Assembly (NCBI GenBank): GCA_963817465.1
Contig: CAWFOP010000003.1
Span: forward strand, 9,286 to 73,285
Direction: 5' to 3'
DNA: 64,000 bases
DNA from: an uncultured Acidobacteriota bacterium
GTDB lineage: Bacteria > Acidobacteriota > Terriglobia > Bryobacterales > UBA6623
In this document: positions 19,292 through 31,549 of the stretch, piece after piece
Layout: each line of letters starts with the position of its first letter
Position numbering within the stretch: the stretch's first letter is position 1
Notes under the pieces: generated by a model
What the model was told of the DNA's origin: nothing
The model's database searches: none
What the model saw: only the letters and a program-made list of their open reading frames with translations
Position numbers and translations under genes: made by a program

Positions 19292-21514
19292 CTAGGCGGG
19301 CGGCGGCCCGGGGTGGATGCACTTGGCTGGACAAGCCGCGGCGGCCTTGAGCAGTTGCTTGTGCGTTCCAGCCTTAGGATCAGCAAGATACGCCTGTTTT
19401 TCCGAGTTGTACTTGAACATCTGCGGGTTCAAGTTGATGCACTCGTTGCAGCTCGTGCAGAGCGCCGACTCAACGTAGGGCTCGGTAGGCGCGAGCGGCG
19501 GCTCGGCCGCGGGCGCGGGTTGCGGTTCGCTCGGAGTCTTGACGACGGCGGCGGATGCGGCGGGGGAAGCGACCGGGGGCGCTTTCACAACGGCGGCGGC
19601 GACCGAGGCCTTTGCCGCGGCGAGCCCGTTTGGATTGCTCAAGGCTTGCACCAGGCGGTAGACCGCCGCCGCCGCGCCCTCTTGGCGCGACGCCCGCATC
19701 ATCCGTTCGCGGACCTCCTCGTTCTCGGCCCCGACCAGCCGCCGCGTTTCATCAACGGCTTGCTCGACGTAGCGGTTGTGGACTCCCGCCAGCTCTTGGT
19801 AGGTCCGCCAGGAGCGGGCGACTTCGTGACAGAAGGCGGCGAGGTCGCGCGTCATGACGGCGCGACCGCCGGTGCGTGCATCCCCTTCGATCCGGACATG
19901 GATATAAGGGACGGTTTCCGGCGGCGCGGCGCCGTAGTTGTCTTCGTACTCTCGCAGCTCGACCTGCTCGTCGCTCCAAGCGTCTTGCGGAATGCTCCAG
20001 AACGAGCCGCTGTGACGGAAATCCAGAGCCGCGGCGTCCGCCGGAGTCAGAGCCGGCCAGAGGTCTTCGTTGCGCGGGTTGTCTCGCAGGGAAAACCGCT
20101 CGGCCCAGCTCTCGCCTTCCTCGGGATCATAAATCAGGGTGGGCGTGACGCGAGCCAAATGTAGCGCTCGCAGCGTGGGAAGCGCGGACTCCTCGTCCGC
20201 GTCCGCGGGGGGCACGGTGATGACGGCGACGGCCGGCCGCGGCGACGCGATGATGCGCTCGAGCGCCGCGGCCGTTTTTTCAGGCTCGGCGAGCGTCGTT
20301 GCCGTGACCAAGGCCTCGCGGTGCGCCATCGCCAAATAAGGCGGATCGAAGAAGCCTTCGCGGAGATCAATCGCGCGCGACGCGTCCCGCAAGACGAGAG
20401 CCTGCAGCGGGCGCCCCGAGCGCAGCAGGCGACCGAGCGAAGTCAGGCTGCGCCGGCTGATGCGGGCGTCCGTCTCGACGGCGACGAACGCCGGCGCCGC
20501 CTCGACATCGACCGCTGAGGCGGATTGCCAATCGAAGCGGGCGAGCGCGCGTTGGTGAAGCTCGGAGTCATAGACTCCCTCAATCTCGAGCTCGGCCAGG
20601 CGGGCGGCGCGGAGCGCAAGCTCCCACTCGATCATCATTTGGTCGAAGCGGCCGATCGCCGCCAGGCAAGGGTCGGCTTCGCGAATGAAGTCGACTCCGC
20701 CGCCGGCATGCAGGCCGGCCAAGGTTGCATCGGCGGTGATCAAGTAGGCAAGCGGCAGCTTCTTCGACCGCGCGACAAACCGCCGCAGGGCGTGGAGCGC
20801 TTGCTCGACTCGCTCGCGGCGCTCCTCTCCCAGCGGCCGATGGCCGGAGGTCCGCTTGACGGACTTGCCCAACCGATCCGCATCGATGAAGCGGTCGGCT
20901 TGTTCGCCAAGAGATTTCGACAGAGACTCTTGGCGGACCTCGCCGCTCTCGCCGAGCAGCATCCCTTCAAGACGGTCGGCCAAGTCGGTCATTCGCGACA
21001 AGAGCGCAGTACGACGCGGCAGGCGCGAGGCGGCCAGCAGCGCCGCATGCATGGCGATCGGCGTCTCGGGCGCCAAGGCTAGCAGCTTGCCGGGGTTCCG
21101 CACGGCGGCGAGCAGGCGCTGCGCCGCGGCTTCGACCTTGGCGGCAGCCTCGTCTTCGAGCCCCTTTTCGGCGATGAGTTGCGCGATCGCAGGCCGCAGA
21201 GCTTCATTCAACGGCAGCCACGGAGCTTTGTTCCGGGTCATATGGATCGAGGCGGCCTTGGCGACGAAAGCGGCGTCAGCGTCGTCAAAGGCGCCGGCCA
21301 GCAGTTCCCGAAGGGGCTGAAACGGGGGCGACGCACCCAAGCGAAGGTGCAGCGGGTAGGGGTCGTCGGTTGGAATTGCAGCGCGAGCCACGGGCTCGAG
21401 CGGTTCGTGCGCGGGCCGGCCGGGACGTTTACCGGTGAGGTGAAAATCGCGGATGTCCTCGCGACGCCTGACAGCTTGCGCGGATGTGTCGTGTTCAGTC
21501 TCGGCCGAGGCCAT
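19292..21514 (-). CDS. Large hypothetical protein with C-terminal ferredoxin domain
   Basis: C-terminal CTSCNEC...CPAKCIHP; third gene of the oxidoreductase operon. Confidence 0.75.
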   Translation of the reverse strand: MASAETEHDTSAQAVRRREDIRDFHLTGKRPGRPAHEPLEPVARAAIPTDDPYPLHLRLGASPPFQPLRELLAGAFDDADAAFVAKAASIHMTRNKAPWLPLNEALRPAIAQLIAEKGLEDEAAAKVEAAAQRLLAAVRNPGKLLALAPETPIAMHAALLAASRLPRRTALLSRMTDLADRLEGMLLGESGEVRQESLSKSLGEQADRFIDADRLGKSVKRTSGHRPLGEERRERVEQALHALRRFVARSKKLPLAYLITADATLAGLHAGGGVDFIREADPCLAAIGRFDQMMIEWELALRAARLAELEIEGVYDSELHQRALARFDWQSASAVDVEAAPAFVAVETDARISRRSLTSLGRLLRSGRPLQALVLRDASRAIDLREGFFDPPYLAMAHREALVTATTLAEPEKTAAALERIIASPRPAVAVITVPPADADEESALPTLRALHLARVTPTLIYDPEEGESWAERFSLRDNPRNEDLWPALTPADAAALDFRHSGSFWSIPQDAWSDEQVELREYEDNYGAAPPETVPYIHVRIEGDARTGGRAVMTRDLAAFCHEVARSWRTYQELAGVHNRYVEQAVDETRRLVGAENEEVRERMMRASRQEGAAAAVYRLVQALSNPNGLAAAKASVAAAVVKAPPVASPAASAAVVKTPSEPQPAPAAEPPLAPTEPYVESALCTSCNECINLNPQMFKYNSEKQAYLADPKAGTHKQLLKAAAACPAKCIHPGPPPA

Positions 21515-21537
21515 TACAACTCTCCCTTCCCCGCCCT

Positions 21538-22491
21538 TCAGACCGCGAAGCGATCGAGCGTCGCCTCGAGGCCGGCAAGTTTCTCGGACTTGCTCATGCC
21601 GACGCCGCGAGCGGTGACGTCGTTGTAGCAGGAGCGGTTCTCATTGCGATAGAACAGGCCGATCGCGAAGACGTCGTCGCGATCGGCGAGCTCGCGCGCC
21701 TCGGCCAGGTTCGAGGGGTCATGCTCGATGCGATTCGGAAATAAGCCCGCCACAAGCGGATCGAGGGGCACGCCTGTGTCGTGCGTCATCACGAGCACGC
21801 GCGACGGATCACTCTGCGCCGATGCGAACACGTGCGGCGTGTAATGCGGGCAGCGCTGAAAGATGCGGACGAACGACGCGCCGCGGTGCTCAAACGCCTG
21901 ACGCAGCGTCTGGTACAGGTGCGGCGGATTCCAATCGATCGTTTGCGCGACGAACGACACGTTGCTGATGCCGAGGTTCACGGCCGTCGGATTGATCGGC
22001 GTAAAGAACGACCCTCCCGGATGCGTGTTGGACTTCTCGCCGGTTCGCGTAGTAGGCGAGGTCTGCATCTTGGTCATGCCGTAAATGTTGTTGTCGAGCA
22101 TCAGGATCGTGAGGTCCATGTTGTAACGCAGCGCATGAATCCAGTGGCTGGTGCCGATGGCGCAGCAGTCGCCGTCGCCGGTGACGACGAAGACGTTGAG
22201 ATCGGGGCGGCGACTCTTGACGCCGCAGGCGATCGGCAGCGGACGTCCATGCAGCCCGTGGAAGCCGTAGGTCTTCATGTAGTGCGGGAAGCGGCTCGAG
22301 CAACCGATGCCCGAGACCATGACGGTGTCCTCGGGCCGCAACCGCTCGTCTCGCATCAGCCGCTGCACGGCGTTGAGCACGGCGTGGTCGCCGCAGCCTG
22401 GGCACCAGCGCGCCTCGGCGCCGCTGTAGTCGGCGAGAGTGCAAGCTTGGGTCGGCATCTCGAGACCCCAGTCGTGCTTGGCTCCATACAT
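21538..22491 (-). CDS. 2-oxoacid:ferredoxin oxidoreductase beta subunit (TPP-binding)
   Basis: WCPGCG, SGIGCSSR, HGLHGR, GDGD...DNNIYGMTK. Confidence 0.93.
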   Translation of the reverse strand: MYGAKHDWGLEMPTQACTLADYSGAEARWCPGCGDHAVLNAVQRLMRDERLRPEDTVMVSGIGCSSRFPHYMKTYGFHGLHGRPLPIACGVKSRRPDLNVFVVTGDGDCCAIGTSHWIHALRYNMDLTILMLDNNIYGMTKMQTSPTTRTGEKSNTHPGGSFFTPINPTAVNLGISNVSFVAQTIDWNPPHLYQTLRQAFEHRGASFVRIFQRCPHYTPHVFASAQSDPSRVLVMTHDTGVPLDPLVAGLFPNRIEHDPSNLAEARELADRDDVFAIGLFYRNENRSCYNDVTARGVGMSKSEKLAGLEATLDRFAV

Positions 22492-22495
22492 GTCG

Positions 22496-24382
22496 CTAAT
22501 TCTCCAAACTCAGTCGGCGCCGCAGCTCGCCTTCGATCACCGCGGGCGGGAGGGGGCTGCCGGGGACGCGCGAAAACGACTCGATGTCGACCAGCGTCCG
22601 TGCGCGCAGAATTTGAGCCAGTTGCGCGTAGCGCCGGCTATCCTCCGTGACGAAAGGCGCGTCGACCGGGTCGGAATAGTTGATCTCGACGGTGATCACG
22701 CGCTTGAAGCGCCCGAAGATCCGTTTGAGACCCGGCTCGAGCGGCGACAAGAAGCGCAGGTGCAGCGAGGAGACCTTGCCGCCGTCCCGGCGCACGCGGT
22801 CGACGGCCTCCTCAATGGCGCCGAGAGTCGAACCCCAGCCGACGACGAGCAAGTCGCCGTCCGCATCGCCGTGGATTTCGGGCGGTTTGAGCGCCTGCTG
22901 GAGCACGGCCAGCTTGCGGCTGCGCATCTCCATGCCGCGCTGGTTGATCGCCGACTTGTAGGCGACATGTCCCTGTTCGTCGTGAGCCAGGCCCGTCAGG
23001 ACGTACTCGCCGCCTTTGCGCCCCGGCACGGGGCGGTCGCTCAAGCCGGTTTCCGGGTCCCAATCGAACGCCGGAACCGAGCTGTCCCAGTCGGATTGGT
23101 CGATGGGATCAGCGAGCCGATTGCGGTTGAGCTCCGGACGCGGGAACAATTGTTGTCCGGTGGCCAGATTGGCGTCGCTCAGGACAGTCACGGGACCGCG
23201 AAACTCTTCGGCCAGCTTGCGCGCGGTCACCATGAAGTGAAAGCACTCTTCGATGGTGGCCGGCGCCAGGACGATCTTGGGAGAGTCGCCCGGCGAGGCA
23301 TAGAGCGCGGCCAGCAAGTCGCCCTGCTCGACCTTGGTCGGCAATCCGGTCGATGGGCCGCCGCGCTGAACCACGACGCAAACGAGCGGAATCTCGGCCA
23401 TCACCGCAAGCCCGAGAAACTCCGTTTTGAGCGCAAGCCCGGGGCCGGAGGTGAATGTGACGGACGTCTTGCCGGCGTAGGAGGCTCCGATCGCAAAGCC
23501 CACAGCCGCTATTTCGTCTTCCGCTTGGTGCACGAAGCCGCCGACCGCCTCGAAATTCGCCGCCAAAAAGTGGGACGCCGAAGTGGCGGGCGTGATGGGA
23601 TACATCGAACAGACTTCAATGCCGGCCGCCATCGCGCCGAGTCCCAGAGCCTGATTGCCGTTCATGACGACCATCGGCTCAGCGGTCGGCTCGGCGGGAA
23701 GGCTGAAGCGTTGCGGCGCGTTCGCCAGACCCCACTGATGACCGGCGTCGAGCAGGATCAGATTCTGGTCAATGACCTTTTGGCCCTTGCGGGCGAACTT
23801 CTTCGAGACTTCGGCGCGCGTGATCTCGATGTCGCGTTCATAGATCGCGCAAAGGACGCCCAAGGCCCAGATGTTCTTGCCCTTGCGCGGATCGTCGATG
23901 TACCGGCGGCACTCCGCCTCGATGCCGACTTCGACGACCGTGAAGCCGCGACTCTTGAAGTCTTCGACAGCTTCGGCGTACTGGCGGCGGATGACCTCTT
24001 CGGGATGATCGCGATAGCCGCTTTCGAGAAAGACGACCGTTCCGGGCCGTAGGGCGCCGACGTCGATGCGGCTGTAGAGCACCTGCTCGTTGAACGCGAT
24101 GACCAGATCGGCCTCGTCGCCGGCATTGGTGACGGCGGAACGACCGAGACGAATGCGGTTTCCGCTGGCGCCGGCGCGCGAGCGGTGCGGCGGCTCGATT
24201 TCGGCCGGGATGATCTCGACCGTCCAGACGCCGTTGCCCATCTTGGCGCTGACGGCGCCGAAGAGTTGGCCGCAGGTCTGCGCGCCTTCGCCCGAGTCGC
24301 TGACGATTTCGACGATCAACTGCTCGACGACTTTTATTTCCGGGGAATCCGATGTGGAAGGGAGGACGGTAGAAGTTGCCAT
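22496..24382 (-). CDS. 2-oxoacid:ferredoxin oxidoreductase alpha subunit (gamma-alpha fusion)
   Basis: DSGEG, YPITPAT, QAEDEIAA, TSGPGLALK, QRGGPSTGLPTK. Confidence 0.93.
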   Translation of the reverse strand: MATSTVLPSTSDSPEIKVVEQLIVEIVSDSGEGAQTCGQLFGAVSAKMGNGVWTVEIIPAEIEPPHRSRAGASGNRIRLGRSAVTNAGDEADLVIAFNEQVLYSRIDVGALRPGTVVFLESGYRDHPEEVIRRQYAEAVEDFKSRGFTVVEVGIEAECRRYIDDPRKGKNIWALGVLCAIYERDIEITRAEVSKKFARKGQKVIDQNLILLDAGHQWGLANAPQRFSLPAEPTAEPMVVMNGNQALGLGAMAAGIEVCSMYPITPATSASHFLAANFEAVGGFVHQAEDEIAAVGFAIGASYAGKTSVTFTSGPGLALKTEFLGLAVMAEIPLVCVVVQRGGPSTGLPTKVEQGDLLAALYASPGDSPKIVLAPATIEECFHFMVTARKLAEEFRGPVTVLSDANLATGQQLFPRPELNRNRLADPIDQSDWDSSVPAFDWDPETGLSDRPVPGRKGGEYVLTGLAHDEQGHVAYKSAINQRGMEMRSRKLAVLQQALKPPEIHGDADGDLLVVGWGSTLGAIEEAVDRVRRDGGKVSSLHLRFLSPLEPGLKRIFGRFKRVITVEINYSDPVDAPFVTEDSRRYAQLAQILRARTLVDIESFSRVPGSPLPPAVIEGELRRRLSLEN

Positions 24383-24471
24383 TCAGAGCGCCTCAACTCG
24401 GTTTTTCACCGATATCCTACTGGGTCGAGATCCGGATCAGACCCGAGCCGCCGCCCCAGAAATCTTTCCAA

Positions 24472-24487
24472 TGCAATCGCGGTTCCA
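24472..24487 (-). promoter_or_regulatory. sigma54 (-24/-12) promoter candidate
   Basis: Minus strand TGGAAC-CGCGA-TTGCA, exact GG-N10-GC spacing, about 90 nt upstream of the alpha subunit ATG. Confidence 0.7.
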
Positions 24488-24529
24488 CACCGGCTTGCAA
24501 ACGACGAACGAGAGCGGCGTCCGGACCGA

Positions 24530-26467
24530 TTAGGAGCCGGAGGCGGGCTTCCACACGGTGAGGGTGCCGCCCTCGGAGACAGTGGCGAACAAGCGTCCGA
24601 GGGCGCCGACGGCGACCGAACGGACGGGGCTGCTGTGGGGCAGCTCGACGACGAGCTCTCCGCTGCTTACGTTCCAGACGCGCGCGATGTTGGGCTCAGC
24701 CGCGTCAACGGCGAGAGCGCTCCAAACGCCGTTGTCGGTTTGCTCCAAGGCGTAGAGAGCGCCGGGAATGTCGGCCTGCTTGGCGACGCTGCGAGTGGGC
24801 ATGTCCCACACCGTGACGCGGCCGGCGCCCGCGACGGCGAGCTGCAATCCGTTGGCGCCGAACGAGACCGCCGCCGCGCCGGCGGCGCGGCCCGCGAGCG
24901 ATTCGCCTTCGTTGGGGCGCATCGCCCAAAGGCGAACTTGGGGAGCGGCCGAGACGCCGGCGAGCATCGACGCGATCGGCGAAAAGGCCAGCGCGGTCGG
25001 TCCCCCCGCCGGTCCCGCCAAAACGGCCGATTCGCCGGGGCTGTTCAGGTCCCAGACGCGGATGGATTCGTCCGCCGAGCCCGTCGCCAGAAAGCGGCTG
25101 TCGCGGCTGAAGGCGACGCTGGTGACCTGCTTGATATGCGAGAGGCTGCGCAACCCGGAGTGGGCCCGCGCATCCCAGAGCTCGGCCGAGTTGTCGACGC
25201 CGGCCGAGGCGATGTAGCGGCCGTCGGGGCTGAATTCAAGATCGACGACATGCCCTTCGGCGGCGTGCAAGGTCGCCTCAACTTTGCCGGCGACAACGTC
25301 GATGAGCCTGATGTCGGAGTCGGCCCCCGCCGCGGCGATGAGGCCGCCATCGGCTGAGAAGGCCAAGGCCTCGGCCGGCGTTCCCAGGGCCAGAGTCAAC
25401 AAAGCGTCGTAGGGGGTTTGCGCTGCGAGATTGGGTTGCACGACGCCGATGCCCGCGGCGATCACGGGGCGTCCGCCGTCGGCCTCGCTCGTCTTCGACA
25501 GTGAGCTCAACGCGAGATACAGCACGGCCAGCAAGCCGCACGAGACAAAGACGAGGCGCCGCAGGCGGGCGGCCCTTTGAGAGGCCGTAAGCACCTCGCG
25601 AACGCCGCTGATCTTCTTGGGGTCGATGCCCGCCGCGACGGCTGAAGGGTTGCGGATCACGGCTTCGAGCGCCAGGCGCAGGTCGCGCGCCGTCGCGAAG
25701 CGCTGGTCGGGATCCTTGGACATCGCCTTGACGATGACGCCGTCGAGGCTTGTCGGAATGCCGCCGGCGATCGAGATGGCCGGCGGCGGAGTTTCGTTGA
25801 CGGCCGCCTGCAACAGAGCGTAGCTCGAGTCGTACCGAAAAGGCCGGCGGCCGGTGATCATCTCGTAGAGCACGCTGCCGAACGAATAGATGTCGGTGCG
25901 GTGGTCGAACGCCCTGCCGCGGGCTTGTTCGGGCGAGATGTAGTAGAGCGATCCGACGACCGCGCCGACCTGGGTCAGCTTCGTGTCGGCGCGGTCTTTC
26001 GCTAGACCGAAGTCCATCAGCTTGACGCGCCCGGCGGGCGTCACCATGATGTTTTCAGGCTTGATGTCGCGGTGGGTGATGCCCTGAGCGTGAGCATACT
26101 CGAGGGCGCGCAGGCATTGCAGCGCATAGCGCAGGGCCACGCCGGGCTTGAGGGGACCGTCGAGGATGACCTTGTCGAGAGACCGACCTTCGACGAGCTC
26201 CATCACCATGACGAGCTGATCGAAGGCCCAAAAGGCGTTGTGCACCGAAGCGATGTTGGGGTGGTCGAGCTTGGCTTGGACCTTGATCTCGCGCTGGAAG
26301 CGCTCGGCGGGAGCGGCTGATGCCGCACGGCCTTCGAGCAGCACCTTCATCGCTTCCACGCGACCGGTGATCTTGTGCTCGACTTTAAAGACCTGCCCGG
26401 CTCCGCCCGAGCCGACCGAGCCGACGATCGTGTAGTCGCCGACTTGGTCTCCAACCTGGAAGCTCAT
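24530..26467 (-). CDS. Hanks-type Ser/Thr protein kinase with TM helix and WD40 propeller
   Basis: [25 protein letters not shown]; TM helix; WD40 repeats (FSPDG...WD). Confidence 0.93.
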   Translation of the reverse strand: MSFQVGDQVGDYTIVGSVGSGGAGQVFKVEHKITGRVEAMKVLLEGRAASAAPAERFQREIKVQAKLDHPNIASVHNAFWAFDQLVMVMELVEGRSLDKVILDGPLKPGVALRYALQCLRALEYAHAQGITHRDIKPENIMVTPAGRVKLMDFGLAKDRADTKLTQVGAVVGSLYYISPEQARGRAFDHRTDIYSFGSVLYEMITGRRPFRYDSSYALLQAAVNETPPPAISIAGGIPTSLDGVIVKAMSKDPDQRFATARDLRLALEAVIRNPSAVAAGIDPKKISGVREVLTASQRAARLRRLVFVSCGLLAVLYLALSSLSKTSEADGGRPVIAAGIGVVQPNLAAQTPYDALLTLALGTPAEALAFSADGGLIAAAGADSDIRLIDVVAGKVEATLHAAEGHVVDLEFSPDGRYIASAGVDNSAELWDARAHSGLRSLSHIKQVTSVAFSRDSRFLATGSADESIRVWDLNSPGESAVLAGPAGGPTALAFSPIASMLAGVSAAPQVRLWAMRPNEGESLAGRAAGAAAVSFGANGLQLAVAGAGRVTVWDMPTRSVAKQADIPGALYALEQTDNGVWSALAVDAAEPNIARVWNVSSGELVVELPHSSPVRSVAVGALGRLFATVSEGGTLTVWKPASGS

Positions 26468-26696
26468 CGAGTTAACCAATCCACTCAAAAGAAGGTCCGG
26501 GGGGACGGCCTCGTAAGATGCTTTTTTCGGGATCGGCTTCCGCGATCCTCTTTTGATTCAGCTTCTTGCTCAAATTAAGTCTAGGTCGGACAACGGGGCA
26601 TACCCGCTCGGACGAAGGCCCTAATCGAGGAGCCAATCGCACCGAGCGAAGGGCTGAGGAAGCAACTGGAAAAAGCTGCGCTATGATCCCTGGAGC

Positions 26697-28595
26697 ATGC
26701 TGGAGCAGGCGGTGTTGGCGGCGTTGGGGGCGGCGAGCGCGGGCTATTTCTGCTGGACGGCGGCGCGGCGCCTGCGAATGTGGGGCGACGCAAAAGGGTC
26801 GCTGCCGTTCGACCGGCTGGGCGAGCGTACGGCGCGGACCGTCCGCGAAGTGCTGCTGCAAAGCCGTGTGATGCGCGAGCGACCTTGGGCGGGGCTGCTG
26901 CATGCGCTGGTTTTTTGGGGATTTCTGGCGTTTGCATGGGTGAGCTGGGGACACCTAACGGAGGGTTTCGAGGGGCTCGACAACGTGAGGGCGTCGCCGT
27001 CGTGGTACGACGCGTTCGCCGGCGTCTGGGCGGCGCTCGTACTGGTCGGGATCGTCGGGCTCAGCGTGAGACGCTTCCTGCTGCGCCCGCCGGCGCTGGG
27101 AAAACCCTCGGCGGGCTCGGCGGCGGTGGCGGCGCTGATCGTCGTGCTCATGGTCACCTATCTGGCGGGCTGGAAGGGACTGCAGGTCGGCGCGCCGGCG
27201 TGGCGCGTGAATTGGTGGCTGCACACGCTGGCGTGGTTCGGCATGTTGTGGGTGATCCCGAACTCGAAGCACCTGCACCTGGCGCTGGGGCCGTTCGCGG
27301 TGTTCTTTCGTCACGGGGACACGACAAGCCCGATGCGGCCGCTGCGGGACGACGATGACGACGACTTCGGGATGCTCGGCTTCGGCGACTTGAGCCGCAA
27401 AGACGTGCTGGACCTGAACGCCTGCGTCGAGTGCGGACGCTGCACCGACGATTGTCCGGCGAACCTATCGGGCGGGACGCTGAGCCCGAAACAGGTGATC
27501 TTGCGGATGCAGCAAGGGATGCTGGCGACAAACTCCGCCGATCCCGACGGGCGCATCGCGGGGACGGCCGCGCAGGTCGCCAAGGGAGAAGCCTGGGTCA
27601 CCGAGGACGACTTGTATCAGTGCTACACGTGCGGGGCGTGCGAGCAGGCCTGCCCGGTGGGAATCGAGCACGTTGGCGCGAAGATCCTGGACTTGCGGCG
27701 CGGGCTGGTGAGCGAAGGACGCACGGAACACGCCAAGCTGCCGGCGATGTTCGCGGCGATGGAACGCTCGCCTCACAACGCCTGGGGCGCGTCGCGGCAA
27801 GTGCGCGACAAGCTGGTCGAGCAAGACTCTTTCCCGATCTTCGACGGCTCGCAGGAGTGGCTGTTATGGCTAGGCTGCGGCTGCAACTACGATCCGCACG
27901 GCCAGGACGTGGCGCGCTCTCTGAAGCGCATCTTCGAAGCGGCGGGGATGAGCTGGGGAGTGCTCGCGCGGGAGACTTGCTGCGGCGAGCCGGCGCGGCG
28001 GGCGGGCAACGAGTATCTCTCGATGGAGCTGTCGGAGAAGGTGGTCGAAGCGCTGGCCACGAGCGGCGCGAAGAAGATCGTGACGGCCGACCCGCACTGC
28101 TGCCGGATGTTCGATGTCGACTACCGTGACAACGAGGCCTTTGCGGCGCTGGGCGTGGAGGTCTTTCACCACACCGAGCTGCTGGCGGAGCTGGCGCAGA
28201 GTTTGGGCGCGCGGCACGAAGATCAGCAGGTGACCTACCACGACCCTTGCTATTTGGCGCGCGGGCGCGGGGTGACCAAGGCGCCGCGCGAGATGCTCGA
28301 GCTGGCGGGGGTCGAGCTGACCGAGATGAAGCGCCGCGGGCTCGAGACGTTCTGCTGCGGGGCGGGCGGCGCGCAGTTGTACTTGGCGGACGACAAAGCC
28401 GCGCCGGGCCGCCGGCGCGTGAATCACATGCGCTTCGAGCAAGCGCTCGAGACCGGCAGCAAGACCATCGCGGTGGCCTGCCCTTACTGCGCGATCATGT
28501 TCAAGGATGCGGCCGGACAAGCGGGGCGGCCGGACGTGCAGGTGGTGGATGTGGCGGAGCTGCTGGCGTCGCGGGTGGGCGCGCGTGAATCGTGA
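26697..28595 (+). CDS. Membrane Fe-S oxidoreductase (FadF/HdrD-like, CCG domains)
   Basis: Five N-terminal TM segments; CVECGRC..CP and CYTCGAC..CP; CCG motifs; HDPCYLAR. Confidence 0.9.
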   Translation: MLEQAVLAALGAASAGYFCWTAARRLRMWGDAKGSLPFDRLGERTARTVREVLLQSRVMRERPWAGLLHALVFWGFLAFAWVSWGHLTEGFEGLDNVRASPSWYDAFAGVWAALVLVGIVGLSVRRFLLRPPALGKPSAGSAAVAALIVVLMVTYLAGWKGLQVGAPAWRVNWWLHTLAWFGMLWVIPNSKHLHLALGPFAVFFRHGDTTSPMRPLRDDDDDDFGMLGFGDLSRKDVLDLNACVECGRCTDDCPANLSGGTLSPKQVILRMQQGMLATNSADPDGRIAGTAAQVAKGEAWVTEDDLYQCYTCGACEQACPVGIEHVGAKILDLRRGLVSEGRTEHAKLPAMFAAMERSPHNAWGASRQVRDKLVEQDSFPIFDGSQEWLLWLGCGCNYDPHGQDVARSLKRIFEAAGMSWGVLARETCCGEPARRAGNEYLSMELSEKVVEALATSGAKKIVTADPHCCRMFDVDYRDNEAFAALGVEVFHHTELLAELAQSLGARHEDQQVTYHDPCYLARGRGVTKAPREMLELAGVELTEMKRRGLETFCCGAGGAQLYLADDKAAPGRRRVNHMRFEQALETGSKTIAVACPYCAIMFKDAAGQAGRPDVQVVDVAELLASRVGARES

Positions 28596-28622
28596 GCGAG
28601 CGGGCGACTGAGCGGCAAGCCG

Positions 28623-29885
28623 TTAGACGTTGGGGGCGGATCCCGCGACCAGGGCCTCGTATTCGCGGGCCTTTCTTACCGCCGACAGATACGCATCGGT
28701 GATGGCGGCGGCGGGCAGGCCTTGGAATGCGGCGCCTTCCCATTCGCCTCGCTCGTGGGAGATCGCGGCGGTCAAGGCTTCGCCGAGCAGACCTTCGCGG
28801 GCCAAAACCGCCTCCGCGACTTCGTGCGTCACGCGCATCTGGCCGATGACCTCGGCGGCCGGCCGCTCGATGATCGCTTCGATCATCGAGAGCATGCCGG
28901 CGAGCAGCGCTCCGTGGGTGTCGGCCGGTCGCACGGCGGCGACCAGGGTCTCGCAGAAGTGGGCGCGGATGAGCGCCGTGGTGAGCAAATCCCCAGGCTT
29001 ATCGTCGAGGCGCGCCATCAGGAGCACCGAAGCCCAGGCCGAGACGCGGGCGATGCCGACTTGACGGATCGCGGTGCGAACCGAGTCGATGCGCTTGCGA
29101 CTCGCGGCGAGAGCGGAGTTGCAGAATTGCAGCAGCTTGAAGGTAAGAGTGGCGTCTTGCGAGGTGAGGCGCTCGAGCTCCGACAACCCAATGTCGGGAT
29201 CACTCAGTTTGGCGATGAGGTTGAGGATGCTGAGCCGATTCGCCGGCAGCCGCCTGCCTTGGACGAGCGACGGCCGCGAAAGGAAGAAGCCCTGGAAGTA
29301 TTGGAAACCGAGGTCGAGGCAGCGTTGTCGCTGTTGCCGAGTTTCAACTTTTTCGGCCAGCAGCGTCGCCCCGCAATCGATGAGCTCGGCGGTCAGACCG
29401 GCGAGGCGGTCATCGGGTATCGCGGGCAACTCCACTTTGATCAGCGGCGCGATCTCAATGAGGGACCAGCGCGGGTCGTCGAGAACGAAGTCGTCGAGGG
29501 CCAGGCGGTAACCGGCCGCCGTCAGCCCGGCCATGGCCTCGCGCAGCTCGCTATCGACTGGGATGTCCTCGAGCACTTCGAGCACGACGCGACCGGGGGG
29601 CAGCGCCAGCGGGGCGTCGCTGAGCAGGCAGTCGCGGGTCATGTTGACGAAGGCGACCTTGCCGCCGGTGACTTCCATGAGACCGATCTCGAGGAAGGCG
29701 TTCAGCATCACCTGAGCGGTGGCCGAGCCGCCGTCGGCCGGCGCCTCCGCGCCGCGATAAAGCAGCTCGTAGCCGACGACGCGGCTGTTGCGGTCATAGA
29801 TCGGCTGGCGGCCTACCAGAGCGTCGCGCGCGTCATGCGGCGGCTCAATACGCAGACCTGCGGATGGGGAGAAAACTGCTGGCAT
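28623..29885 (-). CDS. EAL (degenerate)/HDOD domain protein, YuxH-like
   Basis: RQPIYD...GYELLYR, ALDDF, LLAEKVET, FQGFF; HDOD part D..LTFKLL..NS. Confidence 0.9.
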   Translation of the reverse strand: MPAVFSPSAGLRIEPPHDARDALVGRQPIYDRNSRVVGYELLYRGAEAPADGGSATAQVMLNAFLEIGLMEVTGGKVAFVNMTRDCLLSDAPLALPPGRVVLEVLEDIPVDSELREAMAGLTAAGYRLALDDFVLDDPRWSLIEIAPLIKVELPAIPDDRLAGLTAELIDCGATLLAEKVETRQQRQRCLDLGFQYFQGFFLSRPSLVQGRRLPANRLSILNLIAKLSDPDIGLSELERLTSQDATLTFKLLQFCNSALAASRKRIDSVRTAIRQVGIARVSAWASVLLMARLDDKPGDLLTTALIRAHFCETLVAAVRPADTHGALLAGMLSMIEAIIERPAAEVIGQMRVTHEVAEAVLAREGLLGEALTAAISHERGEWEGAAFQGLPAAAITDAYLSAVRKAREYEALVAGSAPNV

Positions 29886-29936
29886 GAGGGCAGAGCGCGG
29901 CTTCCCTCTTATCGGCTCGTCTCGCGCTGCTCAGAG

Positions 29937-29972
29937 AGAAAAACGAAAGCGGGACCCGAGGGCCCCGCTTCG
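29937..29972 (-). terminator. Intrinsic terminator of metK-ahcY
   Basis: Minus strand CGAAGCGGGGCCC-TC-GGGTCCCGCTTTCG followed by TTTTTC. Confidence 0.75.
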
Positions 29973-29990
29973 CGGATCAAATTCGCCGCA

Positions 29991-30021
29991 ATCAGCAGCG
30001 ACGCGATCAGTAGCGACACGA

Positions 30022-30035
<14 letters not shown>
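29991..30035. repeat. 15-bp tandem triplication of the ahcY 3' end
   Basis: atcagcagcgacgcg / atcagtagcgacacg / atcagtagcgatacg. Confidence 0.85.
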
Positions 30036-31512
<1,477 letters not shown>

Positions 31513-31549
31513 CTGCGGTCTCCTCCCGAGCCTTCACTCTACACAACGG

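Noticed and set aside
31513-31549. SAH riboswitch between metK and ahcY (contains AGGCTCGG)
   Set aside because: Only 37 nt, and the GAGGAGCG...TGC core is missing.
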